Shown: positions 48,799-59,012 of the stretch, in pieces
Numbering within the stretch: position 1 is the stretch's first letter
How the letters are laid out: each line of letters starts with the position of its first letter
Source: Candidatus Poribacteria bacterium
GTDB taxonomy: Bacteria; Poribacteria; WGA-4E; WGA-3G
Direction: 5' to 3'
NCBI GenBank assembly: GCA_963665235.2
Contig: CAXXLX010000001.1
Span: forward strand, 4,192,001-4,256,000
DNA: 64,000 nt
The notes under the pieces: model-generated
The model's database searches: none
The model's input: only the letters and a program-made list of their open reading frames with translations
What the model was told of the DNA's origin: nothing
Program-made: the position numbers and the translations under genes

Positions 48799-51423
48799 TT
48801 AACGCTTTTCAACTTGGAAATTAGCGTCCAGAGCCTTTTCGACCCGAACTTGTGATTCTTCAAGGTGTGCCACGGTATAATCATCCAGCTGCGCCTTGGA
48901 ATTTTGAAGCACGTTTTGTAGACGTTCGTTGATTTGCCCGAGATGATGCCGCGCAAGCGACCTTGCATCTTCAGGGGTGCCACTATCCGCATCGAGCACT
49001 AATTTGATAAGCTGCTTCAGGTGTTCCCGCTGTAAACCTCGGCGGAAACTTGAGATGAACGCATCCGTATTCGACCACTGCTTTTCGTTAGCATTTCGTC
49101 CGAGTTCAATCCAAACGGCATCTGTAATCCCTGAAAAGAGTTCCGGCAATGTGAACACATCCTCACCGTCAGCAAACTTCAGCTCCGTGTCTAGAACGCG
49201 TGCAAGTACATTCGCATCGAGCAATCGTCCCAAAATTTGGCTCTGATTTCGCAGGATAACGTTGTGGAGTGGGTAATCCAAACGTGTGGAGCTCCAGCTA
49301 TCTGTCCCCCAATCACTCCATCGTGTAATAGCCAGACTGTTGAGGAGCTCGGGGGGAAAATCGAAGGCTTCATCTGAAAGCGCGTGCTCCTTGATAAATT
49401 TCAGTGCGTCCCGCTGTTTTTTCGCTGGCACCGGCACATAAGGTAAGCGTCCATTTTTATCCCCTCTATGGTCGCGATGATGGTACTGTCCACCGATGAA
49501 TCGCGATGCAAGAAACATGGAGGAACTATATGCACCAAGTAGAGACCGGAAGGCACGTCTCACGCGTTGATACCCCATACCATCCTTTGTAACCTTGTCG
49601 GCGATTTCGTCCCAGAGCCCACTGACAATTTCCCGACGTTGTTTGGCAAATTCAAGGGGATCTGCACCGAGATCCCAGCGATTTACCAACGGATCCAGAT
49701 CGCGGTATTGATACATAGAGGCATCCCCATCTGTAGCATATCTCAATTCTGGGGTGGCAACCTTGGAGGCAATTTTCTGCAACTCAGGCAATTCGGCTTC
49801 AGGTTTACTAGCATCAATCGCTTTGTAGGCGTATTCAATCACCCAATAATCCCAAGGTCCAATTGTTGCAGTATAGTAGTCCCCCTGTTTTTTGCCTTCT
49901 GGTGCAATGTTTACTGCATCGTATTCCATGACAGAGCCGAGGAGGGCTTCCCCCTTTTTTCCATGCAAATCATCAAGCGAAAATATGGTGCTCGCTTTAA
50001 AGTTGTGTCGTAATCCCAATGTATGTCCAACTTCATGCATAATCAATGATTTGAGGGCTTGCCCGATAAATTCTTCAGGCAGTTCACCGCCATCTTCCAT
50101 TAGACCCCGTGCTTGTAGGACGCTCGCCATGAATCCCATTTGCCGTGCAAGACCGGACGCTATCTGACAGTTGAAACGTGAATCGTGGTCCATCGGGTGG
50201 TGACGTTCGTGCTCCAATTCCTCAAAGAAGGTGGTATACTCGCGCTGCCAATATCTAATCCAACTCTCGCCGACCAGAATATCGGCATCTAGAATCTGTC
50301 CTGTCAATGGATTGACACGCGAGGGGCCAATTGCGAAAGATGCCCCTACAATCCAGCGAATCGTGTTATATCGTGCATCTTCGGGGTCCCACGTCTCATG
50401 GTCCTGTTGGATACGTGCCTCAATTGCATCCACGAACCCTGCTTTTTCGAACGCCTTATTCCATTCCAGAATCCCCTGTCTAACGTACGGTCGAAAACGG
50501 TGCGGGACAGTTTTTTCGATGTAAAAGATAATCGGATCTTTTGGGGGCGAAAGTTTCGCCTTTTTGTCTGCTTTCTCTAAATGCCACCGATTGACATAAC
50601 GGATATAGGGTTCATCACTCGTTTGAAGGGAATAGTCTTTGATGGTCGTCATGAAATGCCCCATCCGGTCATCCGCCAGCCGGGGTTGATAGTTGTTTGA
50701 GGGCAGCCCAGCAAGACTGTAGTGGACTGTCAACTGAATACCACGACTGTCAGGTATTGTCTCTCCACCGCTACTTGCGGAGTAGACCGCTTTGACTCTT
50801 AGCTCAACGTTTTTCGGAAACGTTTTGATTGTTCCCCAGGTGCTACGCGTCTTGTCGAAACGGGCACCGCCGCCGATACTTCCGGCTAAAGGCGGCAGAT
50901 CAGATACAAAAACGGGAGAGATATTGACGAGGAGACTCTTCCGTTGCGGGTGGACACTTTCCAGCTTGAGGGAAAATAGGACAGAGTCGCTATACCCTAG
51001 GTCAACCGCTTCAGCGATTGGTGTTCCCTGATTCGCCCGGAAGCGTACATTTTTTCGCACCAGATGGACACGGTCCCCGACGCGTCGCCAGACGAGCAGC
51101 CACTCTTCCAGAGTCATGCCTGAGAGCAGTCGGCCTGTTCCGATGCCGCGCGCAATGCTAATCATGCATAGAAAAGGTTTGTCCAATTGTGAGGGCTGAA
51201 TTTCGCAATAGAGATTCTCTTTTTTCTGGTACAGTTTGAAAAACCCTTGATAACTTTTGCTATCTTCCACGACTTTATTAAAGTCTTCGTACTCTTTTTT
51301 CTTTTTTTCCGGGGTTTCCTGTGTAGCGGGTTTAGCAGTTGTTGCTGCTTCTTGTGCCATAATCGGTAGGCAAAAACCGCTTATCAGAAATATACAGGTA
51401 CAAAATGTAAATATACGTTGCAT
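48799..51423 (-). CDS. Secreted zinc-dependent metalloprotease (EcxA-like/DUF5117 type)
   Basis: HEVGHTLGLRHN, SVMEY Met-turn, PRLADDRMG. Confidence 0.9.
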   Translation of the reverse strand: MQRIFTFCTCIFLISGFCLPIMAQEAATTAKPATQETPEKKKKEYEDFNKVVEDSKSYQGFFKLYQKKENLYCEIQPSQLDKPFLCMISIARGIGTGRLLSGMTLEEWLLVWRRVGDRVHLVRKNVRFRANQGTPIAEAVDLGYSDSVLFSLKLESVHPQRKSLLVNISPVFVSDLPPLAGSIGGGARFDKTRSTWGTIKTFPKNVELRVKAVYSASSGGETIPDSRGIQLTVHYSLAGLPSNNYQPRLADDRMGHFMTTIKDYSLQTSDEPYIRYVNRWHLEKADKKAKLSPPKDPIIFYIEKTVPHRFRPYVRQGILEWNKAFEKAGFVDAIEARIQQDHETWDPEDARYNTIRWIVGASFAIGPSRVNPLTGQILDADILVGESWIRYWQREYTTFFEELEHERHHPMDHDSRFNCQIASGLARQMGFMASVLQARGLMEDGGELPEEFIGQALKSLIMHEVGHTLGLRHNFKASTIFSLDDLHGKKGEALLGSVMEYDAVNIAPEGKKQGDYYTATIGPWDYWVIEYAYKAIDASKPEAELPELQKIASKVATPELRYATDGDASMYQYRDLDPLVNRWDLGADPLEFAKQRREIVSGLWDEIADKVTKDGMGYQRVRRAFRSLLGAYSSSMFLASRFIGGQYHHRDHRGDKNGRLPYVPVPAKKQRDALKFIKEHALSDEAFDFPPELLNSLAITRWSDWGTDSWSSTRLDYPLHNVILRNQSQILGRLLDANVLARVLDTELKFADGEDVFTLPELFSGITDAVWIELGRNANEKQWSNTDAFISSFRRGLQREHLKQLIKLVLDADSGTPEDARSLARHHLGQINERLQNVLQNSKAQLDDYTVAHLEESQVRVEKALDANFQVEKR

Positions 51424-51547
51424 CTCGCCTTCTCCTTATTTTTTGTGTGTTGTCTTGTGTTTCGGCGCGTCTGAATTACATGCGTTCTGATATAAAGTAT
51501 ATCATTTTTCCATTTTCTTTTCCAGATATATTCAAAGTTGTCCGATT

Positions 51548-52303
51548 TTAACGATAATGAATCCGCCGACTTCCATCGAAGGAGATACGCGGCCAATCGC
51601 GTTCCCAGTTTTCGGAGTGATAGGGAATATAGTGGCATGCTAAGGCATGTCTACGGGTTCCAGGGTGTAGCACAGGCGCGCCCCCGTGGATTAACCGCCC
51701 GTGAAATAAAACGACATCGCCGGGGTTCACTAACACCTGAATTTCATTGCCGCCATTTTCAAGAAAAACCTGCTCAACCCTAGGAAAATAGCGATGGGTC
51801 TGTTGCTGCTCGTAGGTCTCTCCCGGTAGTAATTTCATTGGAACATCGCTTTTTGTAATCAATTTTCCTTTATGTGAGCCGGGTTGGACGACGAGGGGCC
51901 CGTTGTGCTCATCTACCTGCACCATCGCAATCCATGCGGACATACAGTCCGGTAGATAGTATTGGTCCTGATGTCGAGGATGCTCTGAGCCCTCATAGAA
52001 GTGCATCGTTTGAATTGCCTCCGGTTCGTCTTCAAAACAGTCAGTAAGGGGTTTGTGCAAGCGGGGGTCGATGAGAAATTTTAGGGTGTCCGGATCATAT
52101 AGATGCTGATTGAAGGTGCGGTATCCGTATTTATCCTGCTGGAAAAATCCGGGAAGCTGCTTGCGTCCCGCATGGAGGGATTCTACATGTTCAACGAAAC
52201 GTTGACATTCGCCCTGTGTGAAAACACTCTTAAGGATAAGGTATCCGTTTTTCTGATAGAACGTTTTTTGCGTAGGTGTTAAACCTATGTGTTCAGGTGC
52301 CAT
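51548..52303 (-). CDS. Phytanoyl-CoA dioxygenase (PhyH) family
   Basis: HQD, QPGSH, GDVVLFHGRLIHGG. Confidence 0.9.
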   Translation of the reverse strand: MAPEHIGLTPTQKTFYQKNGYLILKSVFTQGECQRFVEHVESLHAGRKQLPGFFQQDKYGYRTFNQHLYDPDTLKFLIDPRLHKPLTDCFEDEPEAIQTMHFYEGSEHPRHQDQYYLPDCMSAWIAMVQVDEHNGPLVVQPGSHKGKLITKSDVPMKLLPGETYEQQQTHRYFPRVEQVFLENGGNEIQVLVNPGDVVLFHGRLIHGGAPVLHPGTRRHALACHYIPYHSENWERDWPRISFDGSRRIHYR

Positions 52304-52650
52304 TTTTGCTCCTTTAGAAATCCTTTTTCCTCGTTTAATTTTACCAAAAATTCCTTTAAGTGTAAACCTACGTTTTAAAAATGTAATTGTGCGGGGAGGC
52401 TAGGTTAAATTTTCGGGTCAAAAAATATCCTGATGTCTAATCTGCAATCTGTGATATAATTCTAATCAGGGCATGAGAAAAATAGGGAGGCATTCAGTCC
52501 TATGTAGGAGGGTTTTGTAACCCCAACCCTACTCGGAAGGGTTTTCAACAATAACCAATTGCCCGATTCATACTTAATTATGAATTTCACTATAACGTAA
52601 AAAGTATTCGAGGCATTCAGTTTTCAAATTAAGTTGCCTCTGAAAAACAG

Positions 52651-52685
52651 TTGACTTTTTAGAAAGGTAAAGGTATACTACTTAT
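52651..52685 (+). promoter_or_regulatory. Leaderless-type promoter of the Rpn-like gene
   Basis: TTGACT-17 bp-TATACT, ATG 6 nt downstream at 52686. Confidence 0.6.
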
Positions 52686-53620
52686 ATGCGACAATTTGAC
52701 CCGATTGTTACACACATTATGGGCCTTTTTTCTCAGGAGTTTGCGAACCTTGCTTCAATGAATCTGACCTTGAAGTTCTTGAGCAATTGGATACAAAGCA
52801 AGCTACCATTAAGGCCCATCAAAACGATTTAACTTTCAAAGTTCGGCGTTCCAATGGCGAGATGGTGATTCTCCACATAGAGGTACAAACCCGCGATAGC
52901 ACTGACAGACCTATGTCGTTGCGCGTTTTAAGCTATGCAAGCGCGCTTATCCTTCGCTATGGGTTGCCAGTATATTCTATGGTGATTTATCTGGATCCGG
53001 CCGCGGGTCGCGGAGATACGGGCACCTACGCCTATGGAGATGACACAATAGGTTTGCGGCTCAACTATAAGGTCATCCGTCTATCTGATTTAGAGGGTGA
53101 ACCATTTTTAGAGTCCCCTGCAATAGGTTTGCTGCCGTTTACGCCGTTGATGAAACCGCCTGCTGGTATGACAGCCGAGGCATGGGTTGAAGCCTGTGTT
53201 GCGAAGACACAAACGGCACCTGTTGACACACAGACGCGGGGTACGCTTTTATTTGCGCTATCTCTTCTTGGGAGTTTAGCACACGACCCGGAGCTTTTTC
53301 GGAAGTTTATATTGGAGGAAATTATGCAAGAGTCTCCGTTTTATGATACAGTTCTACAGAGCGGTATTAAACAAGGGATGGAACAAGGTATCGCCCAAGG
53401 CAGAGAACAAGGGATGGAACAAGGTATCGCCCAGGGCGTTCGCGACACATCCATTAGAAACATAATCGCTGTGCTTACAACGCGGTTCTCGGATGACGAT
53501 ATACATCGCGCTACACATAAGCTTGAGGCAATTGGTGATATTGAACGTTTCACCGAACTGCATACCCTCGCGCTCTCAGTGCCTAATTTCAACGCTTTCT
53601 TGATAGCACTTGATGAATAG
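52686..53620 (+). pseudogene. Rpn/YhgA-like PD-(D/E)XK nuclease, frameshifted near 52753
   Basis: MRQFDPIVTHIM...LA then shift into NESDLEVLEQLDT...DLTF...LHIEVQ; C-terminal QGMEQGIAQG repeats. Confidence 0.75.
53324..53620 (+). CDS. Putative internal in-frame small protein (RpnS-like)
   Basis: GGAGG-5 nt-ATG (MQESPFY) just before the QG repeats. Confidence 0.55.
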   Translation: MQESPFYDTVLQSGIKQGMEQGIAQGREQGMEQGIAQGVRDTSIRNIIAVLTTRFSDDDIHRATHKLEAIGDIERFTELHTLALSVPNFNAFLIALDE

Positions 53621-53771
53621 GTCTTTTTCAACTTTAGTATAGTTAGATATGTGTTTACGAATACGGGCGGATCGGACTCCGCCCATACATTTCAAAAGGA
53701 GGCAGGCTTTTACTTTCTGCAATAGACTCCCCGCCTTGCGGGAATGCAGGAAGTGTTAGACAAAGATTTTT

Positions 53772-54788
53772 ATGAAAGTAGCAGCAATGTTTGGCGAAGG
53801 TAAAGGCGGCGTAGTTGATAAACCGGACCCTCGCGCAGGGGGCGATGTCGTCGTCGTTAAAATCCACGCTGTCCCGATGTGTACGGAATACAAAGGTTTC
53901 AAAGGCGGCGGCACCGGCGAACACTTCGGGCATGAAGCCGCTGGAGAAGTCGTCGAAGTGGCACAACCCGGACGCGTCAAGGTAGGAGACCGCGTGGTGG
54001 TGCAACCCCAGAACGCTTGCGGCAAGTGTCAAATGTGCGTCATCGGTGAACACATTCACTGTATGAGAGGACGTAATATCCGGGAAGTCCTCGGCACCAA
54101 TCCCGCCTCGGCGACCTATGCGCAGTATATGAACAAAATGGAAGATTTACTATCTCCCATTCCGGATGGAATGAGTTATGCACACGCTGGTATGGCATGC
54201 TGCGGACTCGGACCGACGTTCGGGGCAATGGAACAGATGGAAGTTGACGCGCTAGATACGGTGATGGTAACCGGTTTAGGTCCTGTAGGTTTAGGCGGTA
54301 TCATCAATGCCAGTTATCGTGGCGCGCGTGTCATCGGGGTGGAAAGCCATCCGTACCGTGCGGAACTTGCGAAAAAGTTAGGGGCAGAGGTTGTACTGAA
54401 CCCGAATGATGAGGATATTCTCAATCAAATTCGTGAACTAACAGACGGTGTGGGAATCGATAAGGCTGTTGACTGTTCAGGCGCATCTGCAGCACACCGG
54501 TTGATGGTCGATGCTGCCCGAAGAAAAGGACAGGTCACGTTCGTTGGGGAAGGCGGCGAATTTCCGCTTGCTGCCAGCCGGGATATGATCCGGAAAGGCT
54601 TAGTCCTACGTGGGAATTGGCACTACAACCTCGGTTTTTATCCGAAATTGATGCAAGTCATCCAGAATTCTGCTGAAAAATTGGATACATATATCACTCA
54701 CACCTTCCCGATGGATGAGGTCCAGAAAGCGTGGGAATTGCAGATTACGGGTGAGTGCGGTAAAGTCGTGTTGGAACCGTGGGCGTAG
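53772..54788 (+). CDS. Zinc-binding alcohol dehydrogenase (MDR) family
   Basis: GHEAAG, CGKCQMC...C, GLGPVG. Confidence 0.93.
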   Translation: MKVAAMFGEGKGGVVDKPDPRAGGDVVVVKIHAVPMCTEYKGFKGGGTGEHFGHEAAGEVVEVAQPGRVKVGDRVVVQPQNACGKCQMCVIGEHIHCMRGRNIREVLGTNPASATYAQYMNKMEDLLSPIPDGMSYAHAGMACCGLGPTFGAMEQMEVDALDTVMVTGLGPVGLGGIINASYRGARVIGVESHPYRAELAKKLGAEVVLNPNDEDILNQIRELTDGVGIDKAVDCSGASAAHRLMVDAARRKGQVTFVGEGGEFPLAASRDMIRKGLVLRGNWHYNLGFYPKLMQVIQNSAEKLDTYITHTFPMDEVQKAWELQITGECGKVVLEPWA

Positions 54789-54808
54789 TCTAACTAACAA
54801 TCAAAATC

Positions 54809-54848
54809 CTACCCGATAGGCACGCTTTGTAACGTGCTTACCGGGTAG
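54809..54848. terminator. Long hairpin, possible terminator
   Basis: CTACCCGATAGGCACG / CGTGCTTACCGGGTAG inverted repeat 20 bp after the ADH stop. Confidence 0.5.
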
Positions 54849-55793
54849 AAAAAATAAGCAATGGCACCGCCACTGCATTAGCATCCGCAGCCTCAGCCGC
54901 CTGATGTCTGCACCGGTTCGTTGATATCCGGTTCGGGGGGTGCTACTGTGCCATTCAGGTCCCCGTAGCAGAGTGCAAAACCGCCTTTGCCGAACCATGA
55001 ACCGAGTGTCAAGTGATAATTATCAATATCGTTGTGGGGCAAAAAATCCGCCCGTTTGTTGTGGTCATGCCGCGCAAAGAAATAGTGCCGCTCCCCCTGC
55101 CAGTGCAGCTCACCGTTCACTGAAATCCGATTTGACACAAAGTGTAACATTCAGTTTTGGGTTCTGAACTCCCTTGAACGCACGCCCTGTCTATGTTTTC
55201 AAGCGGTTTCGACCCATTTTTTCCCAACACAAAAAAAACGGGTTGTGTCATTTCGACTGCCGGTTTTCGTTTATCAGTCCTACCTACTTTTTTTAGCGTT
55301 CTGCCGCCTACTTTTTGATGCGGTTCCGGTGCGAATGTTACATTTTTGACACAAAATGTAACATTCAGTTTTCGGTGTTGCATGTGCCTGAACGCACACC
55401 ACGTCTATATTTGTAAGCCGTTTATAATCGCCTTGGACGATTTCGAAAAAATGAAATGTCACACTTTCGCTATCGGGGGCGCATCAGGTGAGTTGCAAAC
55501 CGTGCCGCTTTCCTCCGAAAAATGTTTTGAGGTGCTGTTATATTAGTTGCGAATGGTTTGATTTTTCTTCAGAAAAAATATCGCAGACGTACAAAAACTT
55601 TACACACCCTTTGCAAGAAACCGAACGAGCTAAACCGAATTGGACCCAAAGCTAAAGCATTGGGATTGTTAAGCAAGACTCTTCATAAGAGGGAAACCTA
55701 GCGGGCGGGGGGACCCCGCCCAGAAGAGCGGGAAACCGTTGGTTCTCCCGAATACTGAGGGTTCTGCTAAATTTGCGTAAGTCCCGGTACTTT

Positions 55794-57473
55794 TTACATG
55801 AGCGATGTTTTTTGCAAATCAGGAACAATTTTCAACATTTCCTCTTCCAACATTTCCTCAGCTTCTTCAGATTGATGCTTCTCAATGATACCAGCACAGA
55901 CAGCATCGCCCCAAATATTGACAGCCGTAACGAAACGTTCCATCAACCAATCAATTGCAATAATGTGAGTAATGCCTGCAACGGGTAAATTCAGGGTTCG
56001 CAGAAGGATTACCGAGCTCATAAAGCTAGCCCCTGGAACACTGGCTGCGCTAATAGCCATGAGCGTAGCGATTAGAACGACAAGGCACTGTTCTAGCGGT
56101 CCCATTGTGATACCGTACACTTGTGCGATGAACATTCCAATCACAGTAAAGTAAATTGCAACGCCGTTCATGTTGAGGGTCGCCCCAAGCGGTAAAATGA
56201 AAATGGAGGTCTGACTTGAGATACCGTTGTTATTCTCCACACAGTCCATCGTTAAAGGCAGCGTAGAACTAGAAGAAGCAGTTGAAAAGGCAGTTAGTAA
56301 AGCGGGCTGCATGCCCTTCGCAAAGGTCAACGGATTACGGCCCCCGATTCCCCACAGCAGGAACGGTAACACTACAACACTGTGTACCAATAATCCGATT
56401 AGCACGGTAGCACTGTATTTTCCAACTGCTATTAATTCTGGCAATAGGTTGGCGAACCCGCCGACTTCCCCGATCTTCGCTGCAATTAACCCAAAAATAC
56501 CTATGGGAGCGAAATACATCACCCAATGAACAAATTGCATGATAGCCACGTTTACGACAAGAATTGAGTCAACTACAGATTCTGCCACCTGTCCTTGCAT
56601 CAACAAGGCGTAACCGATGAGTAAGGAGAAAAAGATGAGCGGCAAAATATTGGCTTCTACCAATGCATTGAAAAGGTTCTGCGGAATCATCCCACCCCTT
56701 TCCTCATTACCAAGCAACATCGCTTTTAATGTTTGCAGTACACCGACCTGTTGGATGACAGGTTGTGCACCATCGATCGGGAGTTTGAAGGCAACCCCTT
56801 CGCCTTGCTGTTTGAGCCGAATCTGTGTTGCGATGTCTTCCACAAACAGCAGTGGTTCACCGGTTTCGGAACGGACATAAGTAGCCTTCTTAGATAAAGA
56901 TGCCCAGGATTTCACCGTCACAGATATATCTGAAATAGACTCAATATGCCCAACAACGTTCTGGTCCATGAGAGCCAAGAGATATTTGCTAGAATAGTCC
57001 TGATGTGGAAGGTCTGATGTGACTACTGTACGTAAATCTTCGCCTACCAAGGTATACTGCAAATATGGATGTTCCTCACTCTCCCATTGGTTTGATGTCT
57101 GTTTACTGTTGGAAGCCATCACATCGGCGTTAGGCTCTTTTGTATCGAAATTCTTGCCGGGTTGTATGAGGTTAACAAAAACCAGCCCGATGATGCCAGC
57201 GATGATAGTCGTGGCAAGGAAATAAAACCCGGCTTTCCAACCGATATCATAGAGATTCTGAATGTCGCCAAGCCCTACCATGCCAACTATCATAGATAAT
57301 ATGACGAGTGGTACAACAATCATCTTGAGGAGGTTCAGAAATATATCACCAAGTAGCTTGGTATGGACTGCATATTCCGGGAAAAACCCACCTATCAGTA
57401 TCGCAGCGGCGACAGTAATGAGGATACCGTAAAGTAAACCGCGTTCAGCTCTGTTATTTTTATTTTTTTCCAT
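55794..57473 (-). CDS. Dicarboxylate/amino acid:cation symporter (DAACS, GltP-like) with a large loop insertion
   Basis: FLNLLKMIVVPLV, AFSTASSSSTLP, LPLGATLNMNG, TAVNIWGDA. Confidence 0.92.
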   Translation of the reverse strand: MEKNKNNRAERGLLYGILITVAAAILIGGFFPEYAVHTKLLGDIFLNLLKMIVVPLVILSMIVGMVGLGDIQNLYDIGWKAGFYFLATTIIAGIIGLVFVNLIQPGKNFDTKEPNADVMASNSKQTSNQWESEEHPYLQYTLVGEDLRTVVTSDLPHQDYSSKYLLALMDQNVVGHIESISDISVTVKSWASLSKKATYVRSETGEPLLFVEDIATQIRLKQQGEGVAFKLPIDGAQPVIQQVGVLQTLKAMLLGNEERGGMIPQNLFNALVEANILPLIFFSLLIGYALLMQGQVAESVVDSILVVNVAIMQFVHWVMYFAPIGIFGLIAAKIGEVGGFANLLPELIAVGKYSATVLIGLLVHSVVVLPFLLWGIGGRNPLTFAKGMQPALLTAFSTASSSSTLPLTMDCVENNNGISSQTSIFILPLGATLNMNGVAIYFTVIGMFIAQVYGITMGPLEQCLVVLIATLMAISAASVPGASFMSSVILLRTLNLPVAGITHIIAIDWLMERFVTAVNIWGDAVCAGIIEKHQSEEAEEMLEEEMLKIVPDLQKTSLM

Positions 57474-57631
57474 AGCATATCTCCATAGCGTGCTAATACT
57501 ATTCCTTCCTTTTCTTTTCGCTGTTAGGAGCGAGCACCCGTTTGCCATTTTTTGACTCAAATGCACAAAATATCTGACTCGGCGTTTGCTATTAACAGCA
57601 ATAACGACAACTTTATACGTAACATAGTGCA

Positions 57632-57649
57632 TTGCAAAAACCGTGCCAA
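57632..57649 (-). promoter_or_regulatory. Sigma54 (-24/-12) promoter of the DAACS transporter
   Basis: Minus strand TTGGCACGGTTTTTGCAA, a consensus TGGCACG-N4-TTGC. Confidence 0.75.
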
Positions 57650-57867
57650 TCTGTAAAATCTATTTTAATCTTTGCTTTGGACGCGTTGGAAACCTTTATC
57701 TGTAAAGGCAGTATCGGGAATATATACCAATCCGCAGCCTGAGGAGATGCTTGATAAGTTTTTTGGGAGGTTGTTTCAAAATGCAACAGCTTTGGTAGCA
57801 ATTAGGGGAGCAAGCTTTGAGAATACTAGGGTTTATAGTGAATATGTTGCAATAAGCAACAATGTCG

Positions 57868-58569
57868 CATATTGCAACAACATTTTAGCGAAATCGTTGT
57901 TTTGGCGGGCGCGGTCATTTCGTTTTCGATTTTTCCATGGGAATTTATCACAAACCCTATGACAACGCGCAAAGTATAGGTTATACTTAACGCGAGTTTG
58001 AAAAAAAGTTTTGACCTAGAGCGTTCTGTGGTAGTTTTAGCAAAAAACAGCACAAACTAGGAAGTTTATGCTACAATCAGGCAAATCAGTAACCTGTTGG
58101 GAATTTATCACAAACCCTATGACAACGCGCAAAGTATAGGTTATACTTAACGCGAGTTTGAAAAAAAGTTTTGACCTAGAGCGTTCTGTGGTAGTTTTAG
58201 CAAAAAACAGCACAAACTAGGAAGTTTATGCTACAATCAGGCAAATCAGTAACCTGTTGGGAATTTATCACAAACCCTATGACAACGCGCAAAGTATAGG
58301 TTATACTTAACGCGAGTTTGAAAAAAAGTTTTGACCTAGAGCGTTCTGTGGTAGTTTTAGCAAAAAACAGCACAAACTAGGAAGTTTATGCTACAATCAG
58401 GCAAATCAGTAACCTGTATTGACCTTGTTCGTTCCAATACAGTGTAGCATATTGCAACAACATTTTAGCAAAATCGTTGTTTTGGCGGGCGCGGTCATTT
58501 CGTTTTCGATTTTTCCATGGGAATTTATCACAAACCCTATGACAACGCGCAAAGTATAGGTTATACTTA
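57868..58569. repeat. Composite repeat: three exact 160-bp tandem units within a ~120-bp direct repeat
   Basis: Units at 57938, 58098 and 58258; 57868-57989 repeated at 58448-58569. Confidence 0.92.
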
Positions 58570-58980
58570 GAGAATCTCTGTAAGCCATTCAGCATCATGT
58601 GCGGGATTATAGATTAACCCTTTTTTCATGTCCACACAGAGGTCCAAGTGCTCCAATACCATGTGTCCAACGAGGACAGGGCATCCCTCAGGCAAATCAG
58701 TAACCTGTATTGATCTTGTTCGTTCCAATATCGTAAATTGGACTTCTGAATAGAGAACGCGCTCAACAATACCGGTAGCGGTGCGTGCACGCGTTGTTTC
58801 AATAGGTGTGAGACCGAGTTCTTCAATGAGCGGTGTTGGTAGACAGAGCCCCGTCGCGCCGGTATCAACAAGGGCATCTGCGACAGTGAGTCGCCGCACA
58901 TCTTCAGGACGCATAACGCCTAGCTTTACTGCAACCAGGTCGTATAGATTTTCGAGTTCAATTTTCGTGGTGTGTCTCAT
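58567..58980 (-). CDS. Clan AA (retropepsin-like) aspartic protease
   Basis: ALVDTGAT, VLVG; SD GAGG before MRHTT. Confidence 0.88.
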   Translation of the reverse strand: MRHTTKIELENLYDLVAVKLGVMRPEDVRRLTVADALVDTGATGLCLPTPLIEELGLTPIETTRARTATGIVERVLYSEVQFTILERTRSIQVTDLPEGCPVLVGHMVLEHLDLCVDMKKGLIYNPAHDAEWLTEIL

Positions 58981-59012
58981 TTTTTTACCTCGTATGTTTA
59001 TTGTAAAAGCAG

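Noticed and set aside
57480-57620. c-di-GMP or other riboswitch in the transporter leader
   Set aside because: Only partial GCAAAC words; the full conserved motif and structure could not be assembled
57938-58417. CRISPR array or coding ORFs
   Set aside because: Identical 160-bp units; the short ORFs are by-products of the repeat
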